Shown here: piece by piece, positions 12,885-24,314 of the stretch | Numbering within the stretch: the first letter of the stretch is position 1 | Layout of the letters: each line of letters opens with the position of its first letter | Assembly (NCBI RefSeq): GCF_006345805.1 | Contig: NW_021833269.1 | Span: 1-64,000 of the forward strand | Reading direction: 5' to 3' | Length of the DNA stretch: 64,000 nt | DNA from: Octopus sinensis | Lineage: Eukaryota | Notes under the pieces: generated by a model | The model's database searches: none | Seen by the model: the letters and a program-made list of their open reading frames with translations, nothing else | Told to the model about the DNA's origin: nothing | Translations under genes and position numbers: made by a program

Positions 12885-14526
12885 CCCTAAATGCTTGCAA
12901 AGCCCCATATTTCTGCGACTATAAGAATAAATTCGTAATGAGAACGGACCCTCTGACGGGTTTCTACGTAGTTTCTGTCTTACCGCAAGGCTTGCATTCA
13001 GAATGAATTTCAACCTATGACATCCGTCATTCGTTACAAAAAACATCTACATGATACAAATCTTGTGATAGATTTTCAATCTTTGGCCTATGACCACCAA
13101 TAGTAATCGAATGGATCTTATCGATTTCATTAATTGCATTACACACTCTGCACTGCGATTGAACGCAGTTTTCATATAAAATTTGGAATATTATCTAAAA
13201 TATTATGGAACTGTAATCTGGTTATCAAATTTTAGAATCAGCGTTCAAAGAATTAAGAATGCTCAAGAAAATGGTATTCTGTGGAATTTGAGCATTGGAT
13301 CTCTTAGATTGTTATCTCAGGAATGTCTGCTTGTTCGTTCTTCAAAAAATTTCAATTACCAGAATTATAATTGTCAAATATTCAGTACAAGTAATACTCG
13401 ATTTTATTTTCTCATTTGTTTTATTTCATTATTTTACTGAAGTCATTCAATAATTTTCAAATTTTGATATCTTAATTTTTGATTTTCATTCTTATACTTT
13501 TTCCATGAAGAAACATAATCGAATATTAGAATTGGACAGTGATGATACAGAGTCGAAATTCTTCAAGTATTAAATTAAGATCATTAATGAACTTAAAATA
13601 TCAACTTGATATTCCAAAAGATAACACTCGATATTCTTCACAAAATTTCTAAGAATGAAAATAATATTTCATCTAATTAAGTTTTGCGACGGACTTCCAA
13701 AGCTCATTTCAATTTAGTTTTTCTGTCAAAGCCTCCTAAGTTCTGTATAATGATTCTGTTAGAAATGAATATGATTTGCTTCTGAAAATAAACATTTAAA
13801 ATGTCTTGTGCGACACAAATAGTTTCTTTGACAAACATGGTGGTTTTCATTAAGATGAAAAGAACATAAGAGATATTATTATAGATGGAGACTTGTCTTG
13901 CGAAACCTACAAAATGAATGATATAGTGTAGTGGGATAAACGCTTGCACTATTTTCTACGTTGTTTAATCAGTAAAACAAGCCGCGTCTTTGTAAATTAT
14001 GATATAGAAAAAACAGAAGCAGAATTTATATACGGATTTAATTCCATTACGTTTTGGTAATATCACGTGGAATCATCGCAGAGCACTAATTATATCACCG
14101 AGCTACGTTTAAGAAAGTGAATCCATAAAAATTATTATTGAAGAACGCGCAATTATAAACGTTCAATAAACACTTGAGTTAGAGTTTAGCCGGGTTTCAA
14201 TTTCGATTTGAAGTTAGGGTAAGCTCTTCGGCTACGGTTACGGTTAGGTTTACGATTATGTTTAGGATTATTAAACCATGTTCACAAAGTTGAGTAAGTT
14301 TGTACAGATTCTTTTCAAGACTATCATTTTAATTGTGTGATACGAAATGCTACAGATCTAAAAGCCAAAATGATTCTTGCTATGGAATTTGAGAACACAA
14401 CTTCAAAACAAATCAATACTTATTTCTCTTGTCCTCACAATCGATTTCATATGTAAAGTTGATTGAATGTCAATAACTGATGCTCCACCGTTTACGACGA
14501 CGCGTATTCTAGTTAAGCCGTTTTAC

Positions 14527-17500
14527 GGCTTCTGGCTCAAGTAGCGTGAGATAAGGCTTCTGGCTCAAGTAGCGTGAGATAAGGCTTCTGGCTCAAGTAG
14601 CGCGAGATAAGGCTTCTGGCTCAAGTAGCGCGAGATAAGACTTCTGGCTCAAGTAGCGTGAGATAAGGCTTCTGGCTCAAGTAGCGCGAGATAAGGCTTC
14701 TGGCTCAAGTAGCGTGAGATAAGGCTTCTGGCTCAAGTAGCGTGAGATAAGGCTTCTGGCTCAGGTAGCGCGAGATAAGGCTTCTGGCTCAAGTAGTGTG
14801 AGATAAGGCTTCTGGCTCAAGTAGCGTGAGATAAGGCTTCTGGCTCAAGTAGCGCGAGATAAGGCTTCTGGCTCAAGTAGCGCGAGATAAGGCTTCTGGC
14901 TCAAGTAGTGTGAGATAAGGCTTCTGGTTCAAGTAGCGTGAGATAAGGCTTCTGGCTCAAGTAGAGCGAGATAAGGCTTCTGGCTCAAATAGCGTGAGAT
15001 AAGGCTTCTGGCTCAAGTAGCGTGAGATAAGGCTTCTGGCTCAAGTAGCGTGATATAAGGCTTCTGGCTCAAGTAGCGTGAGATAAGGCTTCTGGCTCAA
15101 GTAGCGCAAGATAAGGCTTCTGGCTCAAGTAGCGCGAGATAAGGCTTCTGGCTCAAATAGCGTGAGATAAGGCTTCTGGCTCAAGTAGTGTGAGATAAGG
15201 CTTCTGGCTCAAGTAGCGCGAGATAAGATTTCTGGCTCAAGTAGTGTGAGATAAGGCTTCTGGCTCAAGTAGCGTGAGATAAGGCTTCAGGCTCAAGTAG
15301 TGTGAGATAAGGCTTCTGGCTCAAGTAGCGTGAGATAAGGCTTCTGGCTCAAGTAGTGTGAGATAAGGCTTCTGGCTCAAGTAGCGTGAGATAAGGCTTC
15401 TGGCTCAAGTAGCGTGAGATAAGGCTTCTGGCTCAAGTAGTGTGAGATAAGGCTTCTGGCTCAAGTAGTGTGAGATAAGGCTTCTGGCTCAAGTAGCGTG
15501 AGATAAGGCTTCTGGCTCAAGTAGTGTGAGATAAGGCTTCTGGCTCAAGTAGTGTGAGATAAGGCTTCTGGCTCAAGTAGCGCGAGATAAGGCTTCTGGC
15601 TCAAGTAGCGTGAGATAAGGCTTCTGGCTCAAGTAGCGCGAGATAAGGCTTCTGGCTCAAGTAGCGCGAGATAAGGCTTCTGGCTCAAGTAGCGTGAAAT
15701 AAGGCTTCTGGCTCAAGTAGCGTGAGATAAGGCTTCTGGCTCAAGTAGCGTGAGATAAGGCTTCTGGCTCAAGTAGCGTGAGATAAGGCTTCTGGCTCAA
15801 GTAGTGTCAGATAAGGTTTCTGGCTCAAGTAACGTAAGATAAGGCTTCTGGCTCAAGTAGCGTGAGATAAGGCTTCTGGCTCAAGTAGCGCGAGAGAAGG
15901 CTTCTGGCTCAAGTAGCGCGAGCTAAGGCTTCTGGCTCAAGTAGCGTGAAATAAGGCTTCTGGCTCAAGTAGTGTGAGATAAGGCTTCTGGCTCAAGTAG
16001 TGTGAGATAAGGCTTCTGGCTCAAGTAGCGTGAGATAAGGCTTCTGGCTCAAGTAGCGTGAAATAAGGCTTCTGGCTCAAGTAGTGTGAGATAAGGCTTC
16101 TGGCTCAAGTAGCGTGAGATAAGGCTTCTGGCTCAAGTAGCGTGAGATAAGGCTTCTGGCTCAAGTAGTGTGAGATAAGGCTTCTGGCTCAAGTAGCGTG
16201 AGATAAGGCTTCTGGCTCAAGTAGTGTGAGATAAGGCTTCTGGCTCAAGTAGTGTGAGATAAGGCTTCTGGCTCAAGTAGTGTGAGATAAGGCTTCTGGC
16301 TCAAGTAGCGTGAGATAAGGCTTCTGGCTCAAGTAGTGTGAGATAAGGCTTCTGGCTCAAGTAGCGTGAGATAAGGCTTCTGGCTCAAGTAGCGTGAGAT
16401 AAGGCTTCTGGCTCAAGTAGCGTGAGATAAGGCTTCTGGCTCAAGTAGTGTGAGATAAGGCTTCTGGCTCAAGTAGTGTGAGATAAGGCTTCTGGCTCAA
16501 GTAGCGTGAGATAAGGCTTCTGGCTCAAGTAGCGTGAAATAAGGCTTCTGGCTCAAGTAGTGTGAGATAAGGCTTCTGGCTCAAGTAGCGTGAGATAAGG
16601 CTTCTGGCTCAAGTAGCGTGAGATAAGGCTTCTGGCTCAAGTAGCGTGAAATAAGGCTTCTGGCTAAATTAGTGTGAGGTAAGGCTTCTGGCTCAAGTAG
16701 CGTGAAATAAGGCTTCTGGCTCAAGTAGCGTGAGATAAGGCTTCTGGCTCAAGTAGCGTGAGATAAGGCTTCTGGCTCAAGTAGCGTGAGATAAGGCTTC
16801 TGGCTCAAGTAGTGTGAGATAAGGCTTCTGGCTCAAGTAGCGTGAGATAAGGCTTCTGGCTCAAGTAGCGTGAGATAAGGCTTCTGGCTCAAGTAGTGTG
16901 AGATAAGGCTTCTGGCTCAAGTATCGTGAGATAAGGCTTCTGGCTCAAGTAGTGTGAGATAAGGCTTCTGGCTCAAGTAGTGTGAGATAAGGCTTCTGGC
17001 TCAAGTAGCGTGAGATAAGGCTTCTGTCTCAAGTAGTGTGAGATAAGGCTTCTGGCTCAAGTAGCGCGAGATAAGGCTTCTGGCTCAAGTAGTGTGAGAT
17101 AAGGCTTCTGGCTCAAGTAGTGTGAGATAAGGCTTCTGGCTCAAGTAGCGTGAGATAAGGCTTCTGTCTCAAGTAGTGTGAGATAAGGCTTCTGGCTCAA
17201 GTAGCGCGAGATAAGGCTTCTGGCTCAAGTATCGCGAGATAAGGCTTCTGGCTCAAGTAGTGTGAGATAAGGCTTCTGGCTCAAGTAGTGTGAGATAAGG
17301 CTTCTGGCTCAAGTAGCGCGAGATAAGGCTTCTGGCTCAAGTAGCGCGAGATAAGGCTTCTGGCTCAAGTAGCGTGAGATAAGGCTTCAGGCTCAAGTAG
17401 TGTGAGATAAGGCTTCTGGCTCAAGTAGCGTGAGATAAGGCTTCTGGCTCAAGTAGCGCGAGATAAGGCTTCTGGCTCAAGTAACGTGAGATAAGGCTTC

Positions 17501-17537
17501 TGGGTCAAGTAGTGTGAGATAAAGGGTCTGGCTCAAG
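14527..17537. repeat. Tandem array of the 28-bp unit GGCTTCTGGCTCAAGTAG(C/T)G(T/C)GAGATAA, 107 full units plus a partial unit
   Basis: Unit starts at 14527, 14555 and 17467 are exact multiples of 28 apart, so no net indel; no spacers. Confidence 0.98.
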
Positions 17538-17659
17538 AAATTTACCCGACATTAAATTTGCAACGCACAAAATAATGTATGTATTTAAATTTAAGGTGTA
17601 ATAGATAACCAAGAGAAATAATAGACGTAGCCGAATTGCAAATGGGTGAAAATACGAAT

Positions 17660-18005
17660 TGGTATCACAAAGTTCGCGGACTAGTTCTGTAGCACACCAA
17701 CAGATGGTAGCACACCGCTGTGTGTATATCGAGAGCTTGTGGTGACCTTCATGCGGCAGTGTGCCGAGAGACATCACAATGTTTACTTCGTAAGTTATGA
17801 AATTTGTGATTTTGTGATCACGTGTATGGTGGAGTCTGCGATTTTGTCATAGACGGAAACAAAGAGTCAGCGTAAAATTTTGTGTTAAACTTGGGAGGTC
17901 TGCTACAGAGGCATTGAGCATGATTCGACAAGGTTATGGCGACGAGGTAATGGGTCAAGCACAATGTTTCGAGTTGTACAAAATGGTTATTTCGAAGGAG
18001 ACGAG
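17660..18005 (+). mobile_element. Mariner 5' remnant (TIR-like end plus transposase N-terminal HTH)
   Basis: TCACAAAGTTCGCGGACT end; 17857-18005 translates KQRVSVKFCVKLGRSATEALSMIRQGYGDEVMGQAQCFELYK. Confidence 0.8.
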
Positions 18006-18435
18006 GCTAAAATTAAGTTATTGTTTTTCATTAAACACAAATAGTCCAGGGACAATTCGATACGACCGCGCACTAGCTATTAGGACTGAGGTGTTTAGGT
18101 GTTCATGAGTTCTAAAATGGAGACAGAACGTTTTCCTTTACTATCGGACGTATTTTGAAATGCTAATATAAGTTCGTGTTGAATCCATTTACTTTCGATA
18201 GACCATCTGCTATTTACTGAGATTTTGGTGAACTCAACATTTGTTAAAGTGAAACCCGGTGGGATGCTGGTGGCAGTGGGACAGCAAGACTTGCTGCCAG
18301 TCTATCCACTTGACAGGTTGTACTGTGTTAGTGGGTTATATGTTACGAGTAACATCCTGAGAGACATTTTACTTATATCCACGAACATAAATCCCTCCAC
18401 ACATATGCATTTAGTGATATATATATATATATATA

Positions 18436-18642
18436 GTATGTGACCTCGTCTGTATCACTAGCGATTTTTTCCCCTGTCTTCCCTTCTCGGGATCTTTCCT
18501 TCTCCTATGTTTCCGACGAAGAGCTCCGCTCGAAACGTCAATCTCTCCTTCTTCCCTTCTTTCCTGAGCGTCCAATAATACTTTATTTGTTCCACGTCCT
18601 CGCGTTGTTGTTTTTTGGTTTTGTTTTCTTGTTTGGATTAAT
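18436..18642 (+). mobile_element. Putative Penelope-like pseudo-LTR fragment (P2-related) between (TA)n tracts
   Basis: Contains UUU-CCGACGA-A-GAGC(UCC)GCUC-GAA-ACGU-C at 18510-18539. Confidence 0.5.
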
Positions 18643-18794
18643 TATATATATATATATACATACATACTCCAACTGTATGCCCTCTTGCATGGCCGCAGCT
18701 TCAAGGAGAAATAATTTAGAGAAATATATGTGCGCATGTGTGGGTGTATGTGTGTATAAATATAAATAAATATATATGATACGTACGTACATAA

Positions 18795-18877
<83 letters not shown>

Positions 18878-18882
<5 letters not shown>

Positions 18883-19113
18883 ATTTATTTTATAGAAGGA
18901 GCTTCTACAGGACTAGAACTGTTTCATTCAAAAGAAATCATCAGGAAGTGGATCTGAAAATAAACCATATCTTTTTCAATCTCTGATGATTTCTTTTGAA
19001 TGAAACAGTTCTAGTCCTGTAGAAGCTCCTTCTATAAAATAAATAAATTAATTTACTCTACTATGTATTGAGTACTTTATTTACTGTGGTTAACCCCGAC
19101 TCAACCCGGGACC

Positions 19114-19117
<4 letters not shown>
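18878..19117. mobile_element. Foldback of a Penelope-like pseudo-LTR (P3)
   Basis: Inverted arms 18878-18944 and 18983-19049; the longer arm matches the reverse complement of 59327-59456; (TA)n on both sides. Confidence 0.7.
18902..18948 (-). ncRNA. Type I hammerhead ribozyme candidate
   Basis: CUUC-CUGAUGA-UUUC(UUUU)GAAU-GAA-ACAG(UUCUAGUC)CUGU-A/GAAG: perfect core, 4-bp stems I and III, weak stem II. Confidence 0.7.
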
Positions 19118-19177
<60 letters not shown>

Positions 19178-20148
19178 TATATATGTATATGTATGTATAA
19201 GTATATGCATATATATATATGTGTATGTGTGTGTGTGTCGTGTTTTCCGTGTGTATGACTGGGCATGTATATCGATGCGTACAACCGCCATCGTACAATT
19301 CCTGTGTGCAACTGCTCCGCTGGAACCACTGTAGAAGTTAATTCCTTAAGGCGCAATCTACCAAGATCCTACGCAGAAGCACGTGACTCTGTTACAAAAT
19401 GATTAACAACATAACGATGCCTGTGCAAATATTACAAATAACCCGAGAAGCAAGAACTGATAGGGTGTTGCCAGAAGATTGTGGATCAGAAAATAAACCA
19501 TATCTTTTTCAATCTCTGAATTTGTTTTGGCAAATATTTCTTTTATCAGATCAGTGTAAAGCGATGATAGCTTTTAAATGTTTGGTCAAATGTCAGGAGA
19601 TACCGAAGAAGCATCCGTGTGTCATAAATCAATATTTGAACGCAAATGATAAACAAAGGTGTTTCGCTGGAATTCATTCTTCTCAGTTCTGATAAGGCCA
19701 TATTAGGTATCACAAAAATTCCATTGATGTTTCGAAGCCGAACTTTTAAACAATGGAAAAATTAGATAAAATAATTTTGAAGAAATCTATTAATACTCCA
19801 GAACAAAATAATTGTTATTAACAACAACTACAAGAACAGCAAAGACAATAATGATAAGAAGAAGAAGAATTATTTGTATGATAGTAATGATATTTAAAAG
19901 TCATAACAATGGCTTCAAATGTTGGAAGAAGACCAATAATTTCGGGAGAGAGGATAAGTTGTTTATATCAAATCCAAAACGGAGAAAAGAACGAAATGGA
20001 CCTCGGCGGAGTTTGTACCCAGAAAGTAAAGACGGGTAAAATTCGCTAAGCATTTTATCTGATGTGCTAACGAGTCTGTCAGACCAGACTACCGCTTTTG
20101 TAATAATAATAACAATAATAATAATAATATTAATAATAATAATAATAA

Positions 20149-20690
20149 ATGCCCTGAGGCAGTACCAGGCAGTGGCTCTCATGGCTTCTGATCTTAACTG
20201 ATTGGAAGTGTTATCATGTACATTGTTTTGTCTTGGTATAAGAAGATGTGCTACAGCAAATAGTCTGCTCAATACCACAGATTTGCTTGTCAGTTGTTTG
20301 ACCTTAACCAGTTGATTATGTCCCTTAGTGGCTGACGATATGTGCATCTCTGATCACGAGCAGAAGTAGTGGGGGAGCATCATAGCCATATGTTGAGAGG
20401 GATTCTTTGGGGTTTGAATAATTCACCTCTGGAAACATGGGTGGTTCTTTCAACATCCTTAAACAACCCTTATTCAGGGACCTTTTGAATGGGATGGGCT
20501 ACTCAACCTGAAGAAAATTCTAACTGGGCCCCACCTGCAAGGTCATGTGCTGTTTATCTTGATATGAGATCACCATGTCGCGCACATATGGTTGTGTACC
20601 CTTATCAGACGGGTAGTCATGATGGGTATATTTGGCTTCGCAGATTTTACCCCAGTGTCACTTTGATGGCATGCACTGCTCTCTCACTCA
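20149..20690 (+). mobile_element. Non-coding interspersed element E, (AAT)n-flanked
   Basis: Homologous copies at 21096-21320 (+) and 49441-49832 (-); no A/B box seen. Confidence 0.7.
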
Positions 20691-20692
20691 AA

Positions 20693-20738
<46 letters not shown>

Positions 20739-20795
20739 TAATAATAATAATAATAATAATATTTCTGCTACAGTGACACAGCGATGAAAACGTCT

Positions 20796-20985
20796 GAATT
20801 GGGGCATTGGATACATTAACTAATGATATAGACAAGTGGCTGAAGGAAATTGAAATAGAATGACCGGTAGAGCTCCTACAGAAAGGATTATCAGGAATGT
20901 TCTGAGCACTTGAAAGACTGCTGGAAACTTGTGGATACCTAAGGTTACAGGTAGCAACCCGCTACACAAATAAATCCTACCAGGA
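20796..20985 (+). mobile_element. R4/Dong LINE extreme 3' fragment (divergent subfamily)
   Basis: Translates IGALDTLTNDIDKWLKEIEIE*PVELLQK..IIRNVLST*. Confidence 0.7.
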
Positions 20986-21014
20986 ATAAGACCGAACATG
21001 AGCCAAACCAAAAT

Positions 21015-21087
21015 AATGGCGCAGGAGAGGCTGTGCTCCAGCATGGCCGCAGTCAAATGACTGAAACAAGTAAAAGAATAAAAGAAT
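21015..21087 (+). mobile_element. SINE A with internal deletion (head fused to tail)
   Basis: GGCGCAGGAGAGGCTGTG joined directly to CTCCAGCATGGCCGCAGTCAAATGACTGAAACAAGTAAAAG. Confidence 0.75.
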
Positions 21088-21095
21088 AGAAGAAT

Positions 21096-21320
21096 ATGTT
21101 CTGATGCATTACCAGTCACTAGTTCTCGTGGTTTCTGACCTTAACTGATTGGAAGTGTTATCGTGTACATGATTTCTCTTGGTATAAAGGATGAACTACA
21201 GTAAATTTTCTGCTGAACACCGCAGATTTGCTTATCATCTGCTTGACCGTAACCATTTGAGCATGTCCCTTCATATCTGACAATACGTGTATCTCTGATC
21301 GCAAACACAGTCTATGGGTC
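21096..21320 (+). mobile_element. Element E, 5' part
   Basis: Matches 20149-20370, e.g. CTTAACTGATTGGAAGTGTTATC. Confidence 0.65.
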
Positions 21321-21379
21321 ATTGTCATGTGTTCTGGTATCGGGTGGATCCAGCAGATCGAGATTGTAGGGTGTGACGT

Positions 21380-22067
21380 TCAATACCGTGTATGCGCTCC
21401 CTGGGTGTTCAAAACGGTCATGCACCATCGGTACATGGAGTGCTTGAAGCGGTTCACAAGAGCCATTGGCACTTGTGCCCATAACCTATGGAAAGCTACA
21501 TCCAGTTCCACACGATTTGTCGGCCTTAGGCCCACCTGGTTCAACCGTCTCTGGATTTCATCCCATAATTGTTCAATTGGGTTCAAATCCGGGCTGAGAG
21601 CCGGCATGGTTCTGATGTTGCGCTAACTCCCGAAGTCCATGGTGGCCCTTGCCGAGTAGGCGGAAGTATTATTTTGCTGGAATACGTGGTTATAGAGACG
21701 CGAGAAGAAGGGCACGATGTGAGGTTTTAGGATCTGGTCAACGTACCACTGTGCTGTGATACCATTCCCGCTGCCTGCACCATTTTGGAACACATGGGGC
21801 CCAATTCTCTGATTCAGGCCTATAGCACCCCCAAACCACCCCACGCGTCTCTCCATGACATATGTGTCTCTGTAGCTTTTACCCCTCCTACGTCACTACT
21901 TCACTCTGCCATCCAAAGCAGAAACACAGTACTGGCTCTTGTCAGAGTAGACTATCGACCTCCATTGTTGATGCTGCCAATGTCGGTACTTTGCAGTCCA
22001 CTGTATTCGTACTTGACGGTGGCGGGCAGTGAGGACAGTCTTTCGAGCAGGACGATGGCAACGCAGG
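21380..22067 (-). pseudogene. Tc1-family (DD34E) transposase remnant
   Basis: Minus strand RCHRPARKTVLTARHRQVRIQW..W..IVYSDKS..DGR, then FQQNN and SPDLNPIEQLW..GAHTRY; stops and a frameshift; second catalytic D reads N. Confidence 0.9.
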
Positions 22068-23846
22068 TTATTTTTTATTCATTTCCTTTCTCTTTCCTTC
22101 ATGTTTTCGAGTAAACAGCTATACAACTTGAAAACTGTCAAACTGTCGTGTTAATGGCTCCATTACTTCAACAATGTCGTTATCGAAAAATAAAGGTTAT
22201 TGTTATTGTTAATATTCCTCTTTGTGTTCTTTGTAATTAGCCCTCTGAAGTAAAAGAAACCATACTGCATGAAACAGAGATTTCAGCAAACAATCCTCTC
22301 CATACACTGAACCGGGAAAGAAACGCAATTTTTTCAAATGTCATTTTTTATGGTAAATTCTGAAAATTCATTTCGGGGATGTAAGTAAATATTCCAAGAC
22401 TGAGACCGGAATTGCAGGCAATCCTTCAACTTTCCCTGAAACGAGACGCCAAAACGCACCTGGGTTGAATGCTATAGATGGCAGTCACAAACAATTGTCA
22501 TGAAAACCAAAATGCACGTGCATCTCGTAGAGGTTATCGGTTTAAAAATTAGCTCGACCCATGTTCCTGGTATTCGTAATTCGAATGCATCAGTTAGGAC
22601 CTGATCGTCTTCAGCGCAGAGAGTACAAGCTATCGGCTGATAGCAGGATTGCGTATCCTGTTTGTTGCGAAAACTTACAATGTCTATGTCAGCACCATCT
22701 ATCGCCCGCAACAGCGATACAACAATACCTATTTCTATTTCTTTATTACACACAAGGGGCTAAACACAGAGGGGACAAACAAGGACAGACATAGGTATTA
22801 AGTCGATTACATCGACCCCAGTGCGTAACTGGTACTTAATTTATCGACCCCGAAAGCATGAAAGGCAAAGTCGACCTCGGCGGAATTTGAACTCACAACG
22901 TAACGCAGACGAAATACCGCTAAGCATTTCGCCGGGCGTGCTAACGTTTCTGCCAGCTCGCCGCCTTACAACAATACCATCGCGATACAACAATACCATC
23001 AGCACTGCAGACCACTTGACGTTGTTCCATGTCGTCGCTGATGGGTCGCTATCTAGTGCCAATGGCCTCGCTAGCTGTCACACTGAAGCAATCATGGCGG
23101 TGTTGCAGGTGGATTAAGCGGTCCTTCATAGGCGTGGTCATCTGAGCGCGCCCTATGCGGGCACGGTCTGCAGTGCTGATGGTATTGTTGTATCGCTGTT
23201 GCGGGCACTAGATAAGGCTTACACAGACATTGTAAGCTTTCGCAACAAACAGGATACGCTGCCCTGCTATCAGCCGATAGCTTGTACTCTCTGCGCTGCT
23301 GACAATCGTGTCATAACTGATGCATCCGAATTACGAATACCAGGAACATGGGTCGAGCTAATTTTTATACACATAACCTCTACGAGATGCACGAGCATTT
23401 TGGTTTTCATGACAATTGTTTGTGACTGCCACCGATGCCATTCAACCCAGCTGCGTTTTGGCGTCTCGTTTCAGGGAAAGTTGAAGGATTGCCTGCAATC
23501 TCGGGCTCAGTCTTGGAATATTTACACTTACATCTCCGAAATAAATTTTTAGAATTTACCATTAAAAAATGACATTTGAAAAAATTGCGTTTCTTTTCCG
23601 GTTCACTGTATAGAGAGGATTATTTGCTGAAATCACTGTTTCATGCAATATGGTTTCTTTTACTTCAGAGAGCTAATTGCAAAGAACACAAAGAGGAATA
23701 TTAACAATAACAATAACCTCTATTTTTCGATAACGACATTGTTGAAGTAAAGGAGCCATTAAAACGACGGTTTGACAGCTTTCAAGTTGTATAGCTGTTT
23801 ACTTGAAAACATGAAGGAAAGAGAAAGGAAGTGAGTAAAAAACAAC
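22068..23846. mobile_element. Foldback-type non-autonomous element with ~700-bp inverted arms
   Basis: 22068-22729 plus 22982-23013 is the reverse complement of 23167-23846; ~150-bp spacer; SINE B inserted in the left arm. Confidence 0.85.
22730..22966 (-). mobile_element. tRNA-derived SINE family B
   Basis: Head GGCGGCGAGCTGGCAGAAACG, B box GAGTTCAAATTCC; flanked by TACAACAATACC repeats. Confidence 0.92.
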
Positions 23847-24014
23847 ACGTGGTGTGAAAAATACGTAAACTCTTAGAAGATGCAACCCTCCCGAGATAGA
23901 AGAACCTCCACCAAGAGCCAATCAAGGATCCCGCGGTATCCCAGTCTTAACCTAACCACCACCAAGGGAACGAAACCTCACCCGTATGTTGTTCTCTAAT
24001 ATAGAGGCGTGGGC

Positions 24015-24247
24015 AAGGCGGCGAGCTGGCAGAAACGTTAGCACGCCGGGCGAAATGCCGAGCGGTATTTCGTCTGCCGTTACGTTCTGAGTTCAAATTC
24101 CGCTGAGGCCGACTTTGCCTTTCATCCTTTCGGGGTCGTTTAAATAAGTACCAGTTACGCACTGGGGTCGATATAATCGACTTAATCCCCTTGTCTGTCC
24201 TTGTTTGTCTCCTCTATGTTTAGCCCCCTGTGGGCAATAACGAAATA
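24015..24247 (+). mobile_element. SINE family B with a 17-bp TSD
   Basis: TSD AATATAGAGGCGTGGGC at 23998-24014 and 24248-24264. Confidence 0.92.
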
Positions 24248-24314
24248 AATATAGAGGCGTGGGCCTAGATTATTTACGTTTACCCTAAATATTTCTGCCA
24301 CGGTTACCAAACTG

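Noticed and set aside
14170-14275. Interstitial telomeric repeat
   Set aside because: Only scattered TTAGGG/GGTTAC-like words, with no regular array.
14527-17537. CRISPR array
   Set aside because: The 28-bp units are directly adjacent with no unique spacers, there are no cas genes, and the context is eukaryotic.
19399-19760. Penelope RT/GIY-YIG coding remnant
   Set aside because: No recognisable motif in the frames I translated; left unassigned.
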